Below, piece by piece: positions 1 to 12,702 of a DNA stretch of 64,000 bases. The stretch's first letter is position 1. Every line of letters begins with the position of its first letter. Source of the DNA: Thalia democratica (taxonomy: Eukaryota); the NCBI GenBank assembly GCA_965202585.1, contig OZ241830.1, forward strand, positions 6,944,001-7,008,000, given 5' to 3'. The notes beneath the pieces are model-generated. The model saw only the letters and a list, made by a program, of their open reading frames with translations, made no database searches and was not told the origin of the DNA. The position numbers were made by a program, and so were the translations under genes.

Positions 1-2627
1 TGCGATCTTGCTTTTAGCTTCCATACCTTGAAAGCTATGCTTCGCTTTCTTCGTACTTCTGTTTTGGGATTTCTTTTCTAACCCACCCTTTAAAACGTTT
101 TTTTAACGACATTACTATTTCCTTCTTTAACATCAAGGTTAAAATTTAAATTTAAAGGGTATTTGTTTGCAACATATTTAAACAGGAGGTGAAGTATATC
201 ATTCTGGTTGTCATAGCTAAAAAAAGAAATGTTTGGCTGGTATGGTTTGTTAAAGCTAATTTGTTCTAATCTGTATACAAAAAATTTATACACATGATAG
301 ATAACACACCAGATATATATTTTTATAAAATACATATATACACTTTTTATAATTATTTTCCTGGTATACAAAGGGCTGACTGCTAGTCAAAGGTATACAA
401 AGGGGTTCTACAAAGGGCTGACTGCAAACTTATTGAGAGTTATTCCTGCTAGCTGTATAACTTTCATCACATTTGAAACTGTAAAATACTACCTCTAGTA
501 GTTCCATGTCATTTAGTTTGAATTAGAGAAACCCTTAATTTTTTGCCAATTGTCATTTTAGATTTAAATAAATTTTTCTATTGATAATTTAGTAATTTAC
601 TTCAAAGTTTAAAATTTCTTAAAGAAGCAAATTTTTGGAAATTAATATTTTAATAATTTTCATAAGTGTTTATTTTTATTTTACTTTTTGGTCGTGTTCA
701 ATTTGCATACTTAAGCGGTAGTCTACTGTACTTTACCAATTATTTACGTAGATGTAGTAGTACAAGAATAAAAAACATCTTCGGACAAACATTCTTATAT
801 AAAAATTTTAGATTAATCTACCTAAAGTTTACATTTAGCTGTTTTTCAAGTGATATTTTTTTATAGCACATTGACTTTCTTTGTTTTATTTATTAGCTAT
901 TACAGTTGTGTAATACTTTATTTATTTCTTAAACGTATAACACTTTATTTATTAAGTAAAGTTCCAAAGATATTAAATTTGATAATGAACTCAAAAAAGA
1001 AATTATACTAATTTTATGCAAATTTTTTTACATATTTTTGAACGATTTTATGTCGACTAAAACAGGACATCTGGAAGAGTTAGTGACGTAACATAAAATT
1101 TCTGAAATTTTAAAAATAGTTTAAAAAATATATCGGATATAATTTTTGGGTTGGTAGGATGGAAAACAAAACCAAAAACAGCAGTACGAAAAAGGCTGAA
1201 AGCAAGATCGCACAATCGCGCGCAATGTATTTTTATTATTTTGCTTAGTAGAAGATTCCGTAAGAATTTTATATAAAATCGATAAATATCTTTATAGTGA
1301 CCGGGCATTACCGGCCGGTTAAACACACTCACATATTGTATGTAGTTCGCATTGCATCATGATAACTTTTTTAAATTACGCCTGAAAAACAGCTATGATA
1401 TTTTATTTACACAAACCAGTTTATTCTTGGTCAGTTAATAATCTTATTAATGGTTTAGCTACTAGATTTAATATTTAGTTTATAAGGTAGAAATTTTAAT
1501 AACCATATTTTTCTCTTATTTATTATTAAAATACATGGATAGTACTTATTGCTTTTATTAAAAATAGAAAAAAGCATCAGTAATTTAAAAATATTGTTAT
1601 AAATTAGATTGTTAATATATTTGAATTGTAGTTACCAGGAAATACAAAGGTGATCAAATTTTCATCGGTCTTTGAAAGACTTAAAGATTGTCTTTTACTT
1701 TGATTTTACTTCAATCTTCAAAGTGATGGAACGTTTAATATATTTTTAATGTTTTAATTAAACTAAAAAAACGTTTTATTATAAATTTTATTTATCAATT
1801 GAAAAAATATAACTAATTTAAAGGATTCAAAACTTGTAGCTTCACTTAAAACAAACTGACTAAAAATTATTATTTATGTTTTGATGTGTTAACGTATCTG
1901 ATATTTGATTATATTGTAAGAAAGGAAATCAGTTGTTATGCTCATTTATGTTACAATCAATAAACGTAACTACGCTAAAAAAAATAAAAACTTTATACAG
2001 CTGTTTGTTTTTTAATGTTTTATTAATTAAAAATACACTTAGTCAAAATAAATTGTAAAATCAATATATTCTACTGTATATTTGTTTATATATGACAACA
2101 AGGTGAACATATTTACATCAAAATTAAAGGATAGTTAAAGATATGATAGAGTTAAACGTTCAAAACAATGACTTAAACTAACAAATTCGTTTACTACTTA
2201 ATAACATACAATGCTAAGACTATACGACGGCGTAATACATATTAACATATAATAGACAACACTTAAAAACTTATATTAAGGGTTTCCAAATTTAATTCAA
2301 GAAGAATTAGTAGTGTTATACAAAACTAGTACAACATTTTTTAAATTAATTGAGAAATTGCTAAATATCAAAAACATTACAAGTAAATTAGTCAGTTTAA
2401 AATTTTGTTGAGAGTGTTCAAATTAAAATTTAATTTTTAATACTCATATTTGCAAAAACTATTTGTACTTAAGTATTTCATTTATAAAAAGTCAAACATG
2501 ACTAGTAACATAAAAGTATACAACTCTAGCTAAAATAATTAATTAAAGTTTTTGATTTAACAAATCTAATATTTTATAACCATACAAGTTACTGTAAATT
2601 TATGAATATCAAAGTTACAGGTTTAAA

Positions 2628-3555
2628 ATGGCCGTTAGTTTTTCATCTAAAACAACACAAATTTTGTACCACAATAGATTCTGTGGACAAGAAAACTTTG
2701 ATGTAATTATTTCTGGAAGCACTGATGTGTTAGAACGAGAAAGTTTAAGGTTAAACTCGCGTAACTTAGAAATAATTGAGACTATATATCTTTCAAAGAA
2801 ACATTCATACAATGACTTAACAATTTGTGAAAGATCCTATGTTTGGACTGTCTGCTCAAAATTAGATGTTAAAGGCGAATCTGAAACACGATCTTCATTC
2901 AGGATTTGTAGTGATAAAACTGACCAATGGGTTAATGTAGTTCAAATACCTGACGGTAAAGGTAACTTTAGCGCTTGTTCGTTTATGAAAAACATTTACG
3001 TCTTTGGTGGATTTACTGAAGAAAGAGGTATAAAAAGTTGTTATAAATATGATACAAAAAGGAAAAAGTGGATATTTATAGCAAGTATGAATGAATGTAG
3101 GCAAAATGCAGCTTGTACAGTATTTGAAGGTAAAATTGTCTTGACTGGTGGTTACCATTGGTTTGGTGGAAGTAGGAGCTCAATGGAGGCATATGATTGT
3201 TACGAGAATAAATGGGACTTTCTGCCTCGCATGATTAACAAAAGATGTCTACATGGAGCTGTTTGTATGGGCAACAAGCTGTTTGTCATTGGTAGAGAAA
3301 AATGCTACTTGCGAGGTTTTTGATAGCAGCTCCATGAAGTTCACTAGTATCAAGCGGTTGGATCGCAATTGTTATTATTCTGTTTCCGCGGTCAGTGTTG
3401 GTGGCGAAATTTTGATTTTTGGTTCAGGGTATATGGCAGGAAAAGAAAATATTTGCACTTATAATGTTGACAAAAATGAATGGTACTGTAAAAGTAATCG
3501 TTTTAAGCAATTCAAAAGAGGTTTAGTATGTCATGCAAAGCTTTCTGTTATTTAA
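2628..3555 (+). pseudogene. K1: Kelch-only beta-propeller gene (N1-CA type) with a frameshift in blade 5
   Basis: ORFs 2628-3323 and 3253-3555 join into one paralog-length Kelch protein (NIYVFGG, KIVLTGG, KLFVIG, EILIFGS). GGTAGAGAAAAATGCTACT at 3291-3309 is 19 nt against 21 nt in paralogs. The shift lies at an A5 run, so a sequencing error is possible. Confidence 0.85.
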
Positions 3556-5049
3556 CAGTTTAAAATCTCAATGTTGCCTAATAATTATATTAAATATACA
3601 ATGAGTATTACGTTTTTTGATAACTTTATTTTATTTAAACTTGTTTTAGTTTTCAAAATTTAAAAAAATATGTTGCTGTTTGGTTCTGACTTTTTTTTTG
3701 TAGTTTAAATACTTAGTTTTCTATGGAAATTGTGGGTATTGTTTTTTTGTTTGTTTTTGTCTTTTCTCTTCAACAGTAAATAAAAAATCGAATTTGTTAA
3801 ATTATATAATTAAAATCTTTTCATAAGCAAAAAATAGTTTATTTTATATATTGCGAAGTACAAGTGTTACGGATAAAATTATTTTGATCATCGGTGAATT
3901 ATACGTTATCTATCTTTAAAATCTAGCATAAATATCAACAAAAACAATTTGATGAAAAAAAATGCAAATGTTTCTATTTAAAATTATAAAATAAATAGTA
4001 TAGTTTTTTTAAATATATTTATACTTTTAGTTTCTATGAAACAAGTTAAGAATTTAAATTATCTAAAAATGTGTAACGTAAGCGTACACTGTTTTAAGCA
4101 TTTAAAATTTAATGATAGCATATTGTAACATCTAATTTAAAACAAGAAGAAAAATTAATGTAAAATAATTAATGTCAAGTTAATAGCATTTTTTAACTGT
4201 TTTTTTATAATTTTTTCCGTTTAAATACATCTAAAAAGAATTTTTATGGTAAGTTGTTTTTATAAAGAATAAAACACAAGATGTTAAAATATTATTATAA
4301 TTTTCATGTATTACATTTTCATTTATATCCTTATTTAGGTCGACAGACTCAAAATGTACTAAAAAAAATAAAAATTACATGTGCTTTTAACATATTTTAC
4401 CAGAGATAAATGTTCTATCACTTTAATTTAATAAATTAATTAAATATAGGTTTGTTAATTAATTTTTAATCAAAAAAATTAATACGCTTTAAATTAAAAG
4501 TTAATGGTTAGCACCAAAAATGGTATTTTACCTGTTTAATAATTTTTCTGATTTTTTTTATAATTTTTAAAACTGGTATCTAAATCAAAGGTATAAACGA
4601 TATATCTTTTTCGTTAAAATGTAGAAACAACTAGTTTAACTTGATATAAACAGTTGTGTAGTAGTGAAGTTTATATTTACACGTTTACTATAGTTGCTGA
4701 AATTATAAAATTGAAGCTTTATTTTGTATTTAACTAAACACTTTACATGTGAATTGAAAAAACTTTCCATAAAAAATGCAAAAACAAGTTATTTAAAATA
4801 GGTGTACAAAAAAGTAAGTTTATTAAAGCATGCTAAATTTTGAAAAGCGTCTACTTAAATAAGTAATTATAAAAACTTTCATTATTAATTTTTGTTTTAA
4901 GAAAGTGCAGAATCGTATTTAGGCCGAAATGGCATTGAGTATAACGGTTGAACGGAAACTATCTTGAAACACAAAATGTTAAAGCTGCATTAAACCTTTC
5001 TAATTACCACCTGCAAAATTTCAATTGACTACTAAAGGTAAAATTAATT

Positions 5050-5176
5050 TGTTATAACAGAAATAGAAAGAGTTCTCACTTATAATGTTGACAAAAATGA
5101 ATGGTACTGTAAAAGTAATTGTTTTACGGAATTTGAAGGAGGTTTAGTATGTCTTGCAAAGCTTTCTGTTATTTAA
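5050..5176 (+). pseudogene. Orphan 3' fragment of a CA-type Kelch gene
   Basis: Encodes ERVLTYNVDKNEWYCKSNCFTEFEGGLVCLAKLSVI-stop and is followed by the normal CA 3' flank. There is no upstream coding part. Confidence 0.9.
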
Positions 5177-6765
5177 CAGTTTAAAATTTCCATGTTGCCT
5201 GATAATTTATTTATTGTACAACTAGTATTACGTTGTTTGATAATGATATTTATTTTAACTTGTTTTAGTTTTCAAAGTTTAAAAAAATCTCTTGCTGTTT
5301 CGTACCGACTTTTGTTTTGTAGTTTATATAGTTAGTTTTCTATGGAAATTGTAGATATTTTTGTTTTGTTTTTTTTTTGTCTTTTTACTTCAACAATAAA
5401 CAAAAAAATCGAGTTTGTTAGCTTATTTAATTAAAATCTTGTTATAACTAATCAAGAAATAGTTTTTTTGATATATTGAGTAGGAGTGTTACGGATAAAA
5501 ATAGTTTGATTATTGGTGAATTCTACGTTATTTATCTTTTAAATCTAGCATAAATTTCGACAAAAAAGATTTGAAGAAAAAAATTGCAAATGTGTCTATT
5601 AAAAACACAATTGTAATATACACAGTATAGTTGTATATATATATATATATATATACACTTGTAGTTTTTATGTGTAATGTAAGCCTACACTGTTTATAGT
5701 ATTTAAAATTTTATGATAGCATTTTGTAGCATATTATATAAAACATAAAGATAAAACTAAATTAAAATAATTAAAGTCAAGTTAATAGCATTTTTAAACT
5801 GTTTTTTAGATTTTTTTCATTTACATCTAAAAAGAATTTTTATGGTTAAGTTGTTATTAAGTAAATAACACAATATATTAAAATATTTAAAAAAATTTTA
5901 GGTATTACATTGTCATTTATATCCTTATTTAGGTCGACAGACTCAAAATGTACTAAAGAAAATAAAAATTACATGTGTTTTTGACATATATACCAGAGAT
6001 TAAAAGTTCTAACACTTTAATTTAATAAATTAATATATAGAATATAAAATATGCGTAAACTACATGTAATAAAAAAGTAAAATATAAATAGCTAATAATT
6101 TAAACAGCCTTAATAAAAGCTTTATTAAAGTTTTAAAATGGAATCAAATAAAGCAGATGAAGTGTTGCAAAAATTATAATAATTTAGTTAAATTTTTATA
6201 GTTAAAAAAGTTGCCCTTACTTTTAAGTAAGTATTTTAGATGCCGTACTGATTAAATTAATTCCCCAATTGTTTTTCTAGGGAAGTTTCAATATTTATGT
6301 TTACCTTAAATTAATGAAACACATTTTAATTTTCTTAATCTGTTTCAATAAGTTTTAGATGAAGAAGTTTATCTTTACCTATAAGTTGTATAAAATTGTT
6401 CTACATTTTATCTTTGAAATTATACATTGAGTATTAATGGTTAAAAATCCAAAGAACAACTAATTAGTTATAGCTAGTTCTACAAAACAACATATGAACG
6501 TTATGCTATAAGAAAAACACACTAATTTTCATAAGATTTTAATAATAACTGTTATAAGTAAATTATTAACAAAGTATAAACATGTACTTGTTCTTATTTA
6601 ATTTTTTAAATTAAAAAAACTGAAATGAAAACAAAAAGAACACAACAACAATATGCATTTAAAACTAAGTTTGTAATTTACAAAAAGTTTAAACGAAAAT
6701 CAGTACCTTACAAATTTTTTCAACATTTCGTATAAGTTATTAGACAACAAAATTGTTTTTTATTG

Positions 6766-7725
6766 TTAAATAACAGAAAGTTTTGAAAGACACTCAGTAT
6801 ATCCAAAATTAAAATAACTAACACCTTCAGATTTCCATTCATTTTCCTCAACATTATAAGTGAAAATTCGTTCTACATCTACTTTTTCACCTGAACAAAA
6901 TATTAAAATTTTGTCACAAATACTGACTGCAGAAACAAATTTGAAACAACTAAGTTCTAAATGCTTGATACTAGTGAACTTCATGGAGCTGCTATTAAAT
7001 ACCTCGCAAGTAGCATTTTCATTTCCACCAATCACAAACAGCTTGTTGCCCATACAAACTGCTCCGTGTAAATATCTTTTGTTGATCATACAGGGCAGAA
7101 AGTCCCATTTATTCTCGTAACAACCATATGCCTCTACTGAGTTTAAATCTACTTTACTTTTACCGTCGTAACCTCCAGTTAAGACAATTTTACCTTCGAA
7201 TACTGTACAAGCTGCATTTTGCCTAAACTTGTTCATGCTGGCTATGAAATTCCACTTACTCCTTTTTGTATCATATTTATAACAACTTTTTATAGCTCTT
7301 TTTTCAGCAAATCCACCAAAGACATAAATGTTTTTCATAAACGAACAAGCGCTAAAGTTGCTTCTATCATCAGGTGTTTGAGTTACATTAACCCATTGGT
7401 CAGTTTTATCAAGATAAATCCTGAAGGAATCAACAAGCTTGTATTTATCTTTTAAATTAGCTTTGCCGTTAATGGGGAATCTGGAGCAAACAACCCAAAC
7501 ATTGGATCTTTCACAAATTGTTAAGTCACTGTATGAATGTCTATCTGAATGATATATAGTCTCAATTATATCTAAGTTACGCGGGCTTATTCTTAATATT
7601 TTTCCTTCCTTAGAGTGTTTTAACACAGCAGTGCTTCCAGAAATGATTACATCAAAGTTTTCTTGTTCACAGAATCTATTCTGGTACAAAATTCGTTTTA
7701 TTTTAGATGAAAAACTAACAGCCAT
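6766..7725 (-). CDS. K2: Kelch-only six-bladed beta-propeller protein, 319 aa (N2-CB type)
   Basis: Intact ORF with Kelch GG/Y/W signatures (IYVFGG..CYKY..W, IVLTGG..VEAY..W, LFVIGG) and AAAATGG start context. Confidence 0.92.
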   Translation of the reverse strand: MAVSFSSKIKRILYQNRFCEQENFDVIISGSTAVLKHSKEGKILRISPRNLDIIETIYHSDRHSYSDLTICERSNVWVVCSRFPINGKANLKDKYKLVDSFRIYLDKTDQWVNVTQTPDDRSNFSACSFMKNIYVFGGFAEKRAIKSCYKYDTKRSKWNFIASMNKFRQNAACTVFEGKIVLTGGYDGKSKVDLNSVEAYGCYENKWDFLPCMINKRYLHGAVCMGNKLFVIGGNENATCEVFNSSSMKFTSIKHLELSCFKFVSAVSICDKILIFCSGEKVDVERIFTYNVEENEWKSEGVSYFNFGYTECLSKLSVI

Positions 7726-8982
7726 TTTAAACCTGTAACTTTGGTTTATTTAAATTTACAGTAACTCATGAGGCTTTTTATATTGGATTTAGTAGAATGA
7801 TTCAATTAAAAAAATATTTATTTTAGGTAGGATAATACACTTTTATGTTACTAGTGATATTTGGCTCTTTTTTAGAATGTAATGTATTTAAGTGTAAATA
7901 GTTTTAACTTATATGAGATATGAAAAATTGAATCTTAATTTTAACATTCTTAAAAAAATTTTAAACTTGTTAATTTACTTGTTTTGCAATTGCTTGATTA
8001 ATTTATAAAATTTGATAGTAGTTTAGTATACCAATATTAATTATACTTTGAAATAAACGAAATAAACTTATAATATAAGTTTTTAGTGTTGTCTAACATA
8101 CGTTAATATGTATTACGACTTTGTACAGCCTTAGCGTTGCAAATTTTTAAGCAGTAAACAAAATTATTTTAAACGTTTCATAAATAATTTCACCTAGTTC
8201 TCATATATAAACAAATACAGAGTAGAATATTTCAACTAAACAAATTATTTTAACTAAGTGTATTTTTAATTACTAAAACATTAAAAAACAAACAGTTGTA
8301 TAAAGTCTTTATTTTTTTAGCATAGTTATGTTTATTACTTGCAATATGAATAAACACAAAAATTCCTGTTATATAAGATTTTTTATACTGATTAAAACTA
8401 ACTATAGCTATTATGAGTTGAAATAGATAATTTTATGTTTATAGTATTGTTTAGATGTCTGCAAATGTAATGAAGTTAAGTTAACTGTTTTGGCTAATAT
8501 GAGTAGAAATGATAATTTTGAACCTTAAACTATAAACTTTAAAAGCATCTTGTTTCATTAATTAACTTAAAATCTGATTAATTTCTTCAAACACTTTCTT
8601 AAACTCTAAAATTGAATGTAACTTAAGAATATCAAGCAATTTTTCTTGTGCTTAAATTGTTATGGTTAAACATAATAGATTAATATGAATAAGCAAATTA
8701 AACAAAATACATATTATATAAAAAAAATCCCACAGATAGAAGTAAAAAATAGTTTCAGAAACAAAAATTATATGTTTGAATATTTAACCTGAACTTAAGT
8801 CTAATAAATAAGTTATGTTAAAAATATTAAGAATTAAAAAGAAACTGATGTGTAATTGGCCTCGTTTAGAAAATTTTAATAAAGTAAAATACACTAGTAT
8901 ATTACTAAATAAGCAACAATAAGGCAGTTATACAGCAGTCTACTGTGCTTTTTAAACTAATCGTTTATTTACGTAACTAGAA

Positions 8983-9680
8983 CGGGTAGCTGTCTAAATT
9001 GCACGAGGGTTCAAAACTGCACGAGTGCACAAAATTGCATGAAGATACTTTTGCACGAGGGGATAAAATTGCACAAAGATACTTTTGCACGAGCAGACAA
9101 CTTTTCACGGGTTAATTATATATATTTTTTTTATTAATTTAGTTTTTTTTTTCTATCACTGTTACCCCAAACCCTTATTCTCGGCCGGTAATTTTTTAAT
9201 TTCTTTTTGTTGACTTTTTTTATTTTAAATTTTTTATTTTGTTTTTTTAATTTTTTTTTTTTTAACTTTTTTTTATTCTACCACTGTTACCCCTAATCCT
9301 TACCCTCGGTCAGTAGCTTTTATTTTTTAATATTTTTTTTTAATTAATTATACTAGTTATTATTTTTTTTTTACTATCACTGTTACCCCTAAGCCTTACC
9401 CTCGGTCAGTCTTTCTTCTTTTTTTCATTAAAATATTTTCATATTTTATTTTTCTGTTTATTTTTATTTTTAATTTTTCTGTATTTTTTATATTTATTCT
9501 ATCTTTATTTTTTGACTCTCGTCAAAAAATGTAATTCGTGCAAATTTGACCCGTGGTGCAAAACCGTCATCGTGTAGTTTTGTTCCCTCGTGCAATTTTG
9601 TTCCCTGGTGCAATTTTGTTCCCTCGTGCAAATTAGTAACTTCGTGCAGTTTTGTCTTCGTGCAATTTAGACCCGCTCCG
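8983..9680. mobile_element. Non-autonomous DNA transposon (MITE), 698 bp, with 8-bp TSD AACTAGAA
   Basis: Imperfect TIRs CGG-N6/7-GTCTAAATTGCACGA, subterminal TGCACGA/TCGTGCA repeats, and AACTAGAA on both sides (8975-8982, 9681-9688). A paralogous empty site exists at 26102-26109. Confidence 0.85.
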
Positions 9681-11983
9681 AACTAGAACTTGGGTCGGCA
9701 GGTTTTTGTAGGTCGCAGTCAAATTAAAAAAAAAAATAGTTGATATGTTATTTTTTTATATTTCTCTTTTCAAACCCCGCAACGTAATCACTGAACGACA
9801 GAAAAGGCGTTTAAAAAATTTGGTCCAAAGACCCGGTGTACGAAAAAACCTTTTGCTTATCGAGTCGTACATCTGCATGAATTTTTTATACGTCTTGTCC
9901 ACTTTTTATAGTTATTTGTAATAAAGATCACTTTCATTTCTGCTTCTTTTCATCTTAATTTATGTGATTTTTAATCGCTCAAAAAATAATTAAATTTGAT
10001 TTTACTAAAATGTGTAATTAGTTCAATGTTTTTTACTGAAATAGTCTAGTGTTAAAATTTGCACTTTTGCCTAAAAATTGTTTACCATTTATTTTCTTGT
10101 GCTTTCTACTTTGTAAATTTTTAAATAATAGCATAACTTTCGGCTAAATACAACTTAAACAAAACCAAAAACTGCGAAAGTTCCTGTTAAAAAGTTGAAA
10201 CAAAATAAAATCGGTTTAAAAATTTTTTTTTATATCAATAAGATCTATAAACCTAGTTAAGTAATAATAATATATTATTAGCTTCTAATGTAAGCGTACA
10301 GTGTATTTATATTTCAAGTTTTGTGTAATAATTTTATATCGCCTAACATGTAATAAAAATAAAAAGTATTTTACTTTTACGATTTTATTTTTTATAAAAC
10401 AAGTTGGTGTCTGAAAATTAAGTTACTTATATAAAGTACTGTATATATTTCTTTCCCATATATATTTAGATAAAAAAGTACATGTCTGAGTTGGGCTCGT
10501 AAAAATGTTGTGAAGTAATTACCAACATAAACTAAAGTACTAAGTAAGTTAATATTTGTATTACATTGTCTTTTTAATATATTCTGAGTTTGCACTTACT
10601 TAAATTGTATTAAATGAAAAAATACGATTACATGTGTTTTCAAATATTTTAACCTTACGAGAGTTACAATTTGTTAAAAATTTTTAAAGGCGCACTTCTA
10701 ATAGCACCTTTAGTTTATTTTAATACCTCAAGAAACTAGCAACGATACAAACTAAAAAACTGTAACTTATTAATAATAGCCTACAACAACTTTGGTTCTA
10801 CAACAACAAAAAATACTAATTTTTAATTGAATGAATTAGCATACAAATAAAAAATATATTATAATATTTACAGCTCCTATTTTTCAGTGTTGTCTTTGGC
10901 TTCCTCGCTATAATAATGAATAAATTAATAAATACATTACCGTTCAGTTCAAAAAATTTTGAACATCTCAACATTCGGACTTTCTTCGAAATTAGCATTA
11001 TTTTAATAATAAATTTATTTAATGTATGTACATTCTTTGTATTCATATTTCAAACTTTTATCTAATTGTTCAACTTTGAAATTTTAAATTTATTAATTTT
11101 TTAAAAATTAGCTATAAAAGTTAATTTTAAATGATGTTTTTTGAGAAAATTAAAAAACAAAATTAAAATACAATAAAAAGTTGTATAAGTAGTTTAATAC
11201 AATAAATTTTCTTACTTAAAACGTATGTTTAGATTAAAAAACCAATCTGTAATCTGTATTAAAAAAAGCTGGTGTAAACTATTTTTTAATTTATATAAAA
11301 CAGCGTGAATAATTTTAATGTACAAGAACACACCTTAAGTTTAATTTTTCTATATTTTTGTAACTTCCTACCTACTGGTAAACAATTACATGGCTCTTAT
11401 TATTTATATTGTTTGATAGTTCTGTTAAACAAACAAAAACAATTTACTTGTTGTTTATATTTTGGCTTGAGAGATTATAGGTATGGAAGTATCAAGGTAG
11501 AGTGAGTAACTAAGTTTTTTGTGTTTATTTCTGAAACAGTTATAATTGTCAGATACTAATCTGTTGTTAGATTTTAAATGAAATGAGTTAAAACTATAAA
11601 AATCATTTACTATTAACTCTGTTTAAATTTTTTGTTTTGTTTTTAGTTTTAGAGTTAATAGTCTTACAATAATTTAAAGTATAGAAAAATTTCACGGTAA
11701 CCTAATGAACTAGTTAATACTATAAAGAGGTATTACAGAAATCAAAAATCTTTAGAAAGTTATATATTGGACATATATATATATATATTTCTAATGTTGT
11801 TATTAAAAGCAACTACAAAAAATATTCTATTTTTGAACAAAAACAATTGAGCTATTACACTAAAAAAATTATAACAAGCCCTTGGTACAAACATCTTACC
11901 TACTCTTTAGTTAATAAATAAGAATTTTCTAATTTTAACAAAAAAAATTAACTATAATTAGCTCAAAGTTTATCTATATAAAG

Positions 11984-12232
11984 CAGGGTTTTCCAAAGTG
12001 GGCCAAATGGCCCCCTTGGGGGCCATGACAGATACTTAGGGGGCTACGAGCAGCAAAGGGGTAAGAGTGGGGCCATGAGGTCATAACTTGAAATTTACAC
12101 TAGATATTTTTGAAATGCAGATGAAGAGCAAAAAAAAAGTGTTAGGTGTTTTTTATGATAGTTTATGAGTTATCTTGTTGAAGGGGGCCATGGCTTTTTT
12201 AACTTCTTTAAAGGGGGCCATGTGAAAAAAAG
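11984..12232 (+). mobile_element. Truncated hAT-type MITE (one TIR only)
   Basis: Starts CAGGGTTTTCCAAAGTGGGCC and carries repeated GGGGGCC subterminal motifs. The second TIR is missing, and the element joins directly to the Kelch upstream sequence AAACGTTCAAAAC. Confidence 0.75.
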
Positions 12233-12702
12233 TGAAACGTTCAAAACAATGAATTAAACTACTGCTTGATAATATACAATGCTAAGACTATAAAACGGCG
12301 TAATACATATTAATATATAATAGACAACACTAAAAAACTTATATTAAAGGTTTTTAAAATTTAATTAAAAATAGAATTAGTATTTTTAACAAAACTAGTA
12401 TAAGATTTTAAAAATAAATTAAGCAATTGCAAAACATCAACAACATTACAAGTAAATTAGTCAGTTTAAAAATCTGATGAGTGTGTTCAAATTAAGATTT
12501 AATTTTTAAAACTCAAACTGCCAAACCTCTTTGCACCTAAGTATTTTATTTATAAAAAGTCAAATATCACTAGTAACTTAAAAGTATACAATTCTTACAA
12601 ATAATTAATTAAAGTTTTTGATTGAATAGTTCTACAAAGTCAAATATTTCGTAACCACACAAGTCACTGTAAATTCAAATATACCAAAGTTGCAGGTTTA
12701 AA

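Noticed and set aside
90-1332. AT-rich ORFs 90-371, 666-866 and 1057-1332 and similar short ORFs elsewhere
   Set aside because: F/I/K/L/N/Y-biased products expected by chance in very AT-rich DNA, with no recognizable motifs.
5050-5176. Diversity-generating retroelement template repeat for the Kelch C-terminus
   Set aside because: No reverse transcriptase in the window, and differences from paralogs are not adenine-specific.
9160-9410. Interstitial telomere array
   Set aside because: Only isolated CCCTAA-like hexamers inside a longer MITE-internal repeat, with no tandem (TTAGGG)n.
9535-9670. Regularly spaced TCGTGCAATTTTG repeats resembling a CRISPR array
   Set aside because: Repeats are too short, spacers are short and mutually similar, they lie inside MITE termini, the context is eukaryotic, and there are no cas genes.
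11305-11505. 66-aa ORF conserved in two copies (also 50974-51174)
   Set aside because: GTG start, AT-rich low-information peptide, and conservation explained by the recent segmental duplication.
12475-12490. CTGATGA suggesting another hammerhead
   Set aside because: A variant of the Kelch upstream sequence (TTTGTTGAGAGTG in paralogs), with no stem II or GAAA.
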